Source: Candidatus Daviesbacteria bacterium RIFCSPHIGHO2_01_FULL_40_11 (GTDB lineage Bacteria; Patescibacteriota; Microgenomatia; Daviesbacterales; UBA10151). From it: a DNA stretch of 42,030 bases. Positions within the stretch are counted from its first letter, which is position 1. Each line of letters opens with the position of its first letter. The notes under the pieces are model-generated. The model saw only the letters and a list, made by a program, of their open reading frames with translations, was not told the origin of the DNA and ran no database searches. Positions 18,361 to 24,485 of the stretch are shown in pieces. The position numbers and the translations under genes are program-made. Location of the stretch: NCBI GenBank assembly GCA_001776635.1, contig MFCP01000021.1, positions 1 through 42,030 of the forward strand, given 5' to 3'.

Positions 18361-19443
18361 CTAAATTTGGATCTTACATTGTTCCCCTACAAAAAGGGAA
18401 GTCCTGGCCTCCTTGCCATCAACCCCAATTATCTCACTGTCTGTCCCAATCAAGCTAATCTCAATCGGATGCAATTTTACATCCAAAATCTTTACTCCAC
18501 CCATCAATATACTACTTCCTACGATACTTCCAGCAATATCACATTTATCACTTATAGAGGTAAAGGGTCCAATTTTAGAGTCTTTAATAGTCACATTATC
18601 TCCTATTATCACCGGCCCTTCTATTTGGGAATTGATTATCACCGAGTCTCTTCCTATCGAAACTTTACCGGAAATCTTTGAAGTCGAATCTATTTGACTT
18701 TCCCTAATCTCTTCCAATTCATGTTCCAACAGATACTTATTTGCTTCCAACCAATCATCGAATTTTCCAGGATCCATCCATATGCCTTTATATTCTAAGG
18801 CTTCTACCCTAAACCCCTGATCTATTAACCAATTATAAGGAGCGCTAATTTCCAGTTCCCCCCGCTCTGACGGTCTTATTGCATTCTTACCTTTAAAACA
18901 TTTAAAAACATTTGAATCAAAAAAATAAAGTCCCGGAATACCGAAGTTATTAGGCGGATTTTCCGGTTTTTCAATATATTGGATAAACTTACCCCCCTCA
19001 TCAAAAAGAGGTACACCAAGCCGCCTGTTATCTTTATGCGCAAGCACTGTGACAAGAGCGTTTGGTTTCTCTTTCAAAAAATAGACCACTAAATCTTTTA
19101 TTCCATTGATAAAAATATTATCCCCGTTATGCATAACAAAAGGTGAACCTGCTAGGTATTCCTCGCAGACCTGAAAGATATTAGCCAAACCTTTGGGTTC
19201 TTTCTGCAATACATAAGTAAAACTTATCCCCCATCTTGATCCATCACCTAAGAGTGCCTTTGCTTCTTCTAACCCTCCGGGGTTATATGTCAGCGCAATA
19301 TCTTTGATACCTGCTTCTGCAACCGTTTCTATTGGATAAAAAATTAACGGTTTGTTGGCAATCGGAATAAAGTGTTTATTGGTTGAAAAGGTTAATGGCC
19401 GCATTCTAGTACCCCGACCACCTGTTGGTATAATTGCTTTCAT
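18361..19443 (-). CDS. rfbA: Glucose-1-phosphate thymidylyltransferase, long form with C-terminal left-handed beta-helix
   Basis: 360 aa. It begins MKAIIPTGGRGTRMRPLTFSTNKHFIPIANKPLIFYPIE, and the C-terminus has hexapeptide-repeat-like segments. First gene of the rfb block. Confidence 0.8.
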   Translation of the reverse strand: MKAIIPTGGRGTRMRPLTFSTNKHFIPIANKPLIFYPIETVAEAGIKDIALTYNPGGLEEAKALLGDGSRWGISFTYVLQKEPKGLANIFQVCEEYLAGSPFVMHNGDNIFINGIKDLVVYFLKEKPNALVTVLAHKDNRRLGVPLFDEGGKFIQYIEKPENPPNNFGIPGLYFFDSNVFKCFKGKNAIRPSERGELEISAPYNWLIDQGFRVEALEYKGIWMDPGKFDDWLEANKYLLEHELEEIRESQIDSTSKISGKVSIGRDSVIINSQIEGPVIIGDNVTIKDSKIGPFTSISDKCDIAGSIVGSSILMGGVKILDVKLHPIEISLIGTDSEIIGVDGKEARTSLFVGEQCKIQI

Positions 19444-19599
19444 CTAATAGATAACTCCCAAAATTAGGATCAAAACCAAAATAGCAGTTAAAAGATACTC
19501 CAAAAAAATAGGTAAAGTCAAACTTTTATTGCGCTTGTGGTGAAAAAGTGCCCATAAAAGATAGATTAAGATACCTATGCTTAAAATTTTCAAGATCAT
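19444..19599 (-). CDS. Small two-TM membrane protein (51 aa), below the ORF-track size cutoff
   Basis: Hand translation: MILKILSIGILIYLLWALFHHKRNKSLTLPIFLEYLLTAILVLILILGVIY. Its ATG overlaps the upstream TGA (ATGA at 19596-19599). Its TAG is followed immediately by the rfbA ATG. The ORF fills the whole intergenic gap. Confidence 0.5.
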   Translation of the reverse strand: MILKILSIGILIYLLWALFHHKRNKSLTLPIFLEYLLTAILVLILILGVIY

Positions 19600-20471
19600 A
19601 GTATTGCTCCCGGACTTGCCATAAATAGACTGCCTGCTGCGAGAGAAAGTAATGCCATATGGGCAATATTATGCGAAGTGAACCTAAAAACTCCTCTTCT
19701 TTTTAGCACCCAAACATCAACCGTTAACAAAATAGCAATCAAGAAAATGACTGAAAGGCCTGCTACTTTAGATACTGCATATGGGTTTATTAATACATTT
19801 GTATTTGGTCTAGTCTCTGTGACCGTAAGGGCCAGTGTCGGTTTGTTTGTCAAATCCTCTTCCGGTACTGTAATTTGTCTTCCTTGGACTTCCATACTAG
19901 GCTTAGCTGCAATATTTGAGGCAGTACCAAATTCCTGGACTACTAAAATAGTTTTTTGCCCATTTAAATTTCCTTCTGCTACTGCTATTCCGATATCTTG
20001 ATATTTAGGATTTAAAAGGTTATCCCGATGGGTAGGGGACGCCATCCAAGCTTTGACCACAGCATCGGAAGAAGTGAAATTTTTTGCCAAATTCTCGCCA
20101 GCAAAAGTAAATTTATAACCAGCATTTAAGATAAAATCCCAAGGGGTCTTCCCAGAAGGGGCAAAATGAGCCCAATAATTCTCTGAAAACATATTTTGGG
20201 CTTTGGCAGCTGCTGCTTGATCTAAGGCGCCGTTTTCAGAAACAGGCGGCAGTCCCTTTTTTTGCCTTTCAATATTAGTCAGCTCAATCAGCTTTTTTTG
20301 GTCAATATTTCCAGCAATCCCTAAAACTCCAGGTTCTACATAGCCCACTATAGAAAAACCTACCTGCAGTAAAATAAAAAGAAGGATATATATAACTAGG
20401 CCTTCCCAAGAGATTAAGTGAGCTTTTTTATGGGTGTCTTTATGAGGTAAAAACCAGTTTTGCCAAACCAT
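19596..20471 (-). CDS. CAP/SCP (PR-1, YkwD-like) domain protein with an N-terminal anchor and a C-terminal TM region
   Basis: 291 aa. CAP core: NIERQKKGLPPV...LDQAAAAKAQNM...YWAHF...AGENLAK...AVVKAWMASPTHRDNLLNPKYQDIGIAV. Confidence 0.8.
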   Translation of the reverse strand: MVWQNWFLPHKDTHKKAHLISWEGLVIYILLFILLQVGFSIVGYVEPGVLGIAGNIDQKKLIELTNIERQKKGLPPVSENGALDQAAAAKAQNMFSENYWAHFAPSGKTPWDFILNAGYKFTFAGENLAKNFTSSDAVVKAWMASPTHRDNLLNPKYQDIGIAVAEGNLNGQKTILVVQEFGTASNIAAKPSMEVQGRQITVPEEDLTNKPTLALTVTETRPNTNVLINPYAVSKVAGLSVIFLIAILLTVDVWVLKRRGVFRFTSHNIAHMALLSLAAGSLFMASPGAIL

Positions 20472-20477
20472 ATAGAA

Positions 20478-20486
20478 AGTATATCA
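20478..20486 (-). promoter_or_regulatory. Extended -10 for the CAP / small ORF / rfb operon
   Basis: Minus strand: TGaTATACT, 6 nt, ATG(20471). Confidence 0.5.
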
Positions 20487-20509
20487 TTGTTAGGAAGAAA
20501 CATTCACTA

Positions 20510-20543
20510 GTACCAAAATTACGCAATTGCGGAAAAATGGTAC
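20510..20543 (-). terminator. Imperfect hairpin immediately after the tsaB stop (possible terminator)
   Basis: Arms gtaccaaaattacgc / gcggaaaaatggtac pair at 11 of 15 positions, with a U.U internal loop. The downstream U tract is weak. Confidence 0.35.
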
Positions 20544-20846
20544 CTAATAATTCAGTTGGGTCTCAAACTTCTTACCGTTAACTGTAATTCCAAGGGCAAA
20601 GCCCAGAGCGTTTGCAACAGACACCCCTACCCGAAGTCCGGTAAAAGACCCAGGCCCGGTTTCAACTTCTACCCCTTGCAGAGTTTTGAGTTCAGAGCTC
20701 GTAGTTCTTAGTAATTTGAAAATCAATGGCAAAAGCACTTGTGACCCATACTCCCGACTTTCACTTAAACTCTTCACTGCTTTACCCTCCTTTTTCAGGG
20801 AAACCCTAATAATCTTTTGGCTTTTGGTATCAATATGCAAAATCAT
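20544..20846 (-). CDS. tsaB: Short TsaB-like protein (N-terminal half only, ~100 aa)
   Basis: MILHIDTKSQ... then TGPGSFTGLRVGVSVANALGFALGI, the TsaB/YeaZ signature. It ends about 25 aa after that motif. The ATG at 20846 is preceded by TGtTAAGAT plus 6 nt; the ORF track starts at the GTG at 20852. Confidence 0.65.
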   Translation of the reverse strand: MILHIDTKSQKIIRVSLKKEGKAVKSLSESREYGSQVLLPLIFKLLRTTSSELKTLQGVEVETGPGSFTGLRVGVSVANALGFALGITVNGKKFETQLNY

Positions 20847-20852
20847 GTTCAC

Positions 20853-20861
20853 ATCTTAACA
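20853..20861 (-). promoter_or_regulatory. Extended -10 for tsaB
   Basis: Minus strand: TGtTAAGAT, 6 nt, ATG(20846). Confidence 0.45.
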
Positions 20862-20964
20862 TCTTAAGTTAGTCTTTAAAATTATCCTATAGTTGAATAC
20901 TCCAGTTTTGGTAAAATTCGTTCCTAATTAATGTCAACTTTAGCTTAGAAGGATATTTACTTAA

Positions 20965-21209
20965 ATCGTATCACAGACTTGTCGCAGCCTTACAGAAAGA
21001 GGACTTGGAACAGAGCGGAAAGGTAACTGATAACCTCCTCTATCGTCAACAGATCCGTCTTTTAATACTGAGCCAGGGTTAGCCGGCAAGCTGTCGACAG
21101 AAGATGCAGTTCTACCTACAAGTGCTGACACCGTTGATACCCTTATACCTCTAATATCAGGCACCCTACCCATATTAGACAAACATTCAGGACTTCTACC
21201 CATATTAAG
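20965..21209 (-). ncRNA. Structured RNA candidate with RNase P RNA-like conserved blocks (atypical/reduced); 3' end uncertain
   Basis: The locus is GC-richer than its flanks. It has its own promoter (TTGACG, 17 nt, TAGAAT). Minus-strand blocks occur in RNase P order: GAAGUCC (21190-21196), GGGUAGGGUGCC (21160-21171), AAGGGUAUCAACGGUG (21129-21144), CGACAGCUUGCCGGCUAA (21079-21096). Terminal pairing is UUAAUA/UAUUAA and GGGU/ACCC. The overlapping 80-aa ORF has an R/S/G/P-rich composition unlike any other protein in the window. Confidence 0.45.
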
Positions 21210-21214
21210 TAACT

Positions 21215-21243
21215 ATTCTATTTCCTCTTTAATCATTCGTCAA
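21215..21243 (-). promoter_or_regulatory. Promoter of the RNA candidate
   Basis: Minus strand: TTGACG (21243-21238), 17 nt, TAGAAT (21220-21215). No start codon follows at leaderless distance. Predicted TSS is near 21208. Confidence 0.55.
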
Positions 21244-21256
21244 GACCACAAATTCC

Positions 21257-21265
21257 TGCTATAAT
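21257..21265 (+). promoter_or_regulatory. Extended -10 for prfB
   Basis: TGcTATAAT, 6 nt, ATG(21272). Confidence 0.55.
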
Positions 21266-21271
21266 TTCCGC

Positions 21272-22342
21272 ATGGATGAGATAAAAAACCAATTAGAAGA
21301 GGTCGAAGTGAGATTTGAGAAAGTTTCAGAATCAATAAATCGGGATAGTTTACGAAGAGAAATTAGGGAGTTGGAAGCCGAAACTATGAAAGAAGGCTTC
21401 TGGAGTAGTCCCGAGGAGTCTTCAGCTATCAGTCGGAAGCTTAGTGATAAACAGAAAACGCTTACTGTCCTGAATAATTTGGAATCCAGGATTAACAACG
21501 CTATTGAGATTTCAGAAGAATCTTCCATGCAGGAAGATCTCAAAAAAGAAGTTAGCGAGATCACAAAAGAATTAGATAAATTAGAACTGAAGTTATTTTT
21601 AGCAAAACCACACGATGAATCCGAAGCAATTTTATCTGTCCACTCAGGAGCCGGTGGGGTTGAGGCCATGGATTGGGCCTCCATGTTAGTCCGGATGTAC
21701 CAGCGATATTTTGATAAATCAGGATGGAAATATGAAGTGACGGATGAAAATCCGGGTGAGGAGGCCGGCATAAAAACAGTTTCCATGATCGTCCACGAAC
21801 CCTTTGCTTTCGGCTACCTAAAAGGTGAAGCAGGAACACACAGGTTGGTAAGACAATCCCCTTTCAATGCGGATAACTTAAGACAAACCTCTTTTGCTTT
21901 AGTTGAAGTATTACCGGTAATAAGTGCCCAAGAAGCTGAGATCAATGAATCCGATGTAGAATTTGAAGCTTTCAGAAGCGGTGGCGCCGGAGGGCAAAAT
22001 GTCAATAAAGTTTCCACTGCAGTAAGACTAAAACATATCCCTACCGGCACTGTAGTGACTGCCCAAACCGAGAGATCGCAATTGCAAAATAGGGAAAATG
22101 CCATGAAACTCCTGATGGCAAAGTTATGGGCCCTAAAACAAGCTCAGGGTAAAGAAGTAGAACGGCAATTGAAGGGTGGCAAAACTTTAGGATCCTGGGG
22201 AACACAAATCCGCTCTTATGTCCTACATCCTTATCATATGATCAAAGACCTCCGAACCAATGTGGAAACCTCTAATACAGATGCCGTATTAGATGGGGAT
22301 CTAAATGCCTTCCTTGAAGCAGAGCTCAAAATGGTGGCTTAA
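21272..22342 (+). CDS. prfB: Peptide chain release factor 2, single reading frame
   Basis: 356 aa. SPF tripeptide in RQSPFNADNLRQTSFA, GGQ in SGGAGGQNVNKVSTAVR, and C-terminal IRSYVLHPYHMIKDLRT. No CTT TGA frameshift site. Confidence 0.93.
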   Translation: MDEIKNQLEEVEVRFEKVSESINRDSLRREIRELEAETMKEGFWSSPEESSAISRKLSDKQKTLTVLNNLESRINNAIEISEESSMQEDLKKEVSEITKELDKLELKLFLAKPHDESEAILSVHSGAGGVEAMDWASMLVRMYQRYFDKSGWKYEVTDENPGEEAGIKTVSMIVHEPFAFGYLKGEAGTHRLVRQSPFNADNLRQTSFALVEVLPVISAQEAEINESDVEFEAFRSGGAGGQNVNKVSTAVRLKHIPTGTVVTAQTERSQLQNRENAMKLLMAKLWALKQAQGKEVERQLKGGKTLGSWGTQIRSYVLHPYHMIKDLRTNVETSNTDAVLDGDLNAFLEAELKMVA

Positions 22343-22346
22343 ATAA

Positions 22347-22365
22347 CAGTACAGACTTCGTACTG
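22347..22365 (+). terminator. Weak hairpin after prfB
   Basis: cagtac-agacttc-gtactg (6-bp stem, 7-nt loop), followed by gacTTTTcg. Confidence 0.3.
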
Positions 22366-22429
22366 GACTTTTCGTGAGGAATACTTAATAACAGATACTG
22401 TGCAATCAGAGAAGTCCAAAACTTCAGGG

Positions 22430-22459
22430 TAGACAAATTACTCATTTTATGGTTAATAT
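22430..22459 (+). promoter_or_regulatory. Promoter of the 153-aa gene / ftsEX unit
   Basis: TAGACA, 18 nt, TAATAT, 7 nt, ATG(22467). Confidence 0.4.
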
Positions 22460-22910
22460 AGACTATATGGATCAACAGACAAAATTAGAAGAAAAGATCA
22501 CCAAACCAATAGTGAGTCTAGAAAACCCTATGCGTACCATTTTAGGGGTAGTGATTGCCGCACTAGTTTTGGGTACTCTGACAGGATATCTTCTCTCAAC
22601 CAAATCTAGTGGCTCAAAAGTTTCCTCTCTTGTGGCAGGAAAGGCAAAGAGCGCGGAACAAGATACCACAACCTTCAGGGACTTCGCGGAAGGTGTTATC
22701 AAAGCCAAACCTCAACCTTCTGATCCTGAAGAAAATACCGAAGGAACGCATTTACTTATAAGAGAAGGTGCTGTTCCTGTAACCTTAACTTCATCTGTGA
22801 TAGATTTATCAAAATACGAAGGTAAAAAAGTCAAGGTTTTTGGTGAAACTCAGGCAGTACCTAGAGTAGAATGGTTCATGGATGTTGGTAAAGTAGAAGA
22901 AATTAAGTAA
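22449..22910 (+). CDS. Hypothetical single-pass membrane protein with a small C-terminal extracytoplasmic domain
   Basis: 153-aa ORF with one TM (ILGVVIAALVLGTLTGYLL). The alternative start at ATG 22467 (MDQQTK...) is favoured by a promoter (TAGACA, 18 nt, TAATAT, then 7 nt). Confidence 0.6.
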   Translation: MVNIDYMDQQTKLEEKITKPIVSLENPMRTILGVVIAALVLGTLTGYLLSTKSSGSKVSSLVAGKAKSAEQDTTTFRDFAEGVIKAKPQPSDPEENTEGTHLLIREGAVPVTLTSSVIDLSKYEGKKVKVFGETQAVPRVEWFMDVGKVEEIK

Positions 22911-22936
22911 TCATCCACTACGACCTTAAAATCTGT

Positions 22937-23611
22937 ATGATTCATTTTAATTCTGTCTCAAAGAAGTTTGGTTCATCTCTTGCCTTAGAGGACATCTCGT
23001 TGGAAATCAAACAAGGCGAATTTGTCTTTATTGTCGGGCCATCCGGTGCAGGTAAATCCACGCTTCTTCGCATTCTTACAAGAGAACTTTTGCCTACAAA
23101 CGGTGAAATCTTGGTGGGTAAAGTAGATATTACTAAAATTAAGGATCGTGACGTACCTCATTTTAGAAGAAAAGTTGGTATAGTCTTCCAAGATTTTAAA
23201 TTATTAGATGATAGGACCGTTTTTGAAAATGTGGCTTTAACTTTAGAAGTACAGAATAAGTCTGACGAGGAGATCCAGAAGATGGTTGAACATACCCTAA
23301 AATTGGTAGAGATTTGGGGGCAAAGGAATCTCTTCCCAAGACAACTATCAGGAGGAGAAGCTCAAAGAACCGCCATTGCTAGAGCTGTAGTTGGCAAACC
23401 GGATATAGTTTTGGCTGATGAACCAACCGGAGATTTAGACCCTAAAACTGCTTGGGGAGTAATTCAGCTTCTAAATGAGATAAACTCCTGGGGCACCACA
23501 ATTTTAATGGCCACTCACAATCAAGAAATTGTTAATACCTTAAAAAGAAGAGTAATAAAACTTAAAGCAGGTAAAATAGTTAGTGATACTAAAGAAGGAA
23601 AATATGATTAG
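22937..23611 (+). CDS. ftsE: Cell-division ABC ATPase FtsE
   Basis: 224 aa. Walker A GPSGAGKST, signature LSGGEAQR, Walker B ILADEPTGDLD. Followed by ftsX. Confidence 0.9.
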   Translation: MIHFNSVSKKFGSSLALEDISLEIKQGEFVFIVGPSGAGKSTLLRILTRELLPTNGEILVGKVDITKIKDRDVPHFRRKVGIVFQDFKLLDDRTVFENVALTLEVQNKSDEEIQKMVEHTLKLVEIWGQRNLFPRQLSGGEAQRTAIARAVVGKPDIVLADEPTGDLDPKTAWGVIQLLNEINSWGTTILMATHNQEIVNTLKRRVIKLKAGKIVSDTKEGKYD

Positions 23612-24476
23612 AGCAATCGCGTTTACGAAAAGGAATATAAGGCGTACGCCTTTCCAAGCATTGGCCGCTTCAATGGTGATGTTTTTAACATTCTTAGTGC
23701 TGCAGATTTTTGTAATTCTGGCAGCTGGATCGCAAACTTCTTTACGTTATTTTGAGAGCAAGCCTCAAGTAATCGCCTTTTTTAAGGATGGTATCAGTAG
23801 TCAAGATATATCTGCTATAGAAAATGCGCTGCAACAGGAAGGAAGAGTCACCAATACAAAATTCGTTTCCAAAGAGGATGCTCTACAAATTTATCGGGAG
23901 AGGAATAAGAACGACCCGATGTTACTGGAACTTGTAACTGCCAGTATTTTACCTGCGTCACTGGAAATTTCCACCCAAAGCCCACAAGATCTGGCTCCAG
24001 TTGCCGAGATTCTAAAAAAGGAGCCTGTTATATCGGATGTGATAGTTCCGGAAGATCTTGTGACGACCTTGACATCGGTCACCAGAATTATCAGAACTGT
24101 AGGTGTAGCCACTGTCGGATTCTTAATGGTTTTTGCAACCTTAGTAATAATCATGATTATTGGTTTTAAAATAAGGTTAAAAAGAACGGAGATAGAAATT
24201 ATGAGGCTACTGGGAGCATCCTCTTCCTTCGTCCGAACCCCCTTCATTTTAGAAGGATTATTTTATGGTTTGACAGGAACTGCCTTAGCTTGGGTTATTA
24301 GTTATGGTTTGCTTTGGTATTTCACACCATTTTTGCAAGGGTATCTGGGAGAGGTCAAGCTACTGCCGGTTAACCCACTATTTATGTTGGCGCTTCTGGG
24401 AGGAAGTTTAGCTTTGGCTTGTTTTGTGGGAGGATTAGGTTCAATTGCAGCTGTCAGGCGATATTTAAAAATCTGA
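23604..24476 (+). CDS. ftsX: Cell-division permease-like protein FtsX
   Basis: 4-TM FtsX layout with a large first extracytoplasmic loop. I prefer the ATG at 23604, which has GAAGGA 4 nt upstream (23594-23599) and an 8-nt overlap with ftsE. The ORF track starts at 23583. Confidence 0.85.
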   Translation: MIRAIAFTKRNIRRTPFQALAASMVMFLTFLVLQIFVILAAGSQTSLRYFESKPQVIAFFKDGISSQDISAIENALQQEGRVTNTKFVSKEDALQIYRERNKNDPMLLELVTASILPASLEISTQSPQDLAPVAEILKKEPVISDVIVPEDLVTTLTSVTRIIRTVGVATVGFLMVFATLVIIMIIGFKIRLKRTEIEIMRLLGASSSFVRTPFILEGLFYGLTGTALAWVISYGLLWYFTPFLQGYLGEVKLLPVNPLFMLALLGGSLALACFVGGLGSIAAVRRYLKI

Positions 24477-24485
24477 TGAACCCTG

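Noticed and set aside
20909-20917. Plus-strand TGgTAAAAT extended -10-like site pointing into the RNA locus
   Set aside because: No ATG lies at leaderless distance; the nearest (20931) opens a 5-codon ORF. The RNase P-like blocks read correctly only on the minus strand. It is kept as a caveat on strand assignment.
20961-21203. 80-aa minus-strand ORF (MGRSPECLSNMGRVPDIRG...) listed in the ORF track
   Set aside because: Its R/S/G/P/V-rich composition is unlike every other protein in this K/I/L/N-rich genome. It has no leaderless or SD start syntax. It coincides with the GC-richer, repeat-containing RNA candidate, so the open frame is most simply a by-product of the higher GC content.
20965-21209. 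tmRNA, SRP RNA or 6S RNA identity for the RNA candidate
   Set aside because: There is no GGGG...UUCGA acceptor/T-arm or CCA-proximal end for a tmRNA. There is no GGAA-tetraloop / AGCA domain IV motif for SRP RNA; only a loose plus-strand resemblance (CCAGGGUUAGCCGGCAAGC). I could not build a 6S-like rod by eye. The RNase P-like blocks were the only ordered matches.
20994-21230. 8-bp complementarity AAAGAGGA (about 21230) / UCCUCUUU (about 21000) as a possible long-range closing helix of a ~240-nt RNA
   Set aside because: The 5' partner lies upstream of the predicted TSS, inside the promoter spacer. An 8-mer purine-rich match at this scale is not statistically compelling.
21272-21400. Programmed +1 frameshift site in prfB
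   Set aside because: I looked for CTT TGA or an early in-frame stop. The frame is continuous from the ATG at 21272.
21259-22104. Antisense ORFs inside prfB (175, 92 and 96 aa). Similar antisense or shadow ORFs lie inside ftsX (23891..24247), galE (30836..31231), nnrD (33813..34121), rfbA (18346..18697) and other genes.
   Set aside because: They lie entirely within well-supported genes on the opposite strand or in another frame, have low-complexity composition, and have no start syntax.
22927-22932. TAAAAT upstream of ftsE as another leaderless promoter
   Set aside because: It lies only 4 nt from the ATG and has no TG extension or -35 element. ftsE is more simply co-transcribed with the 153-aa gene.
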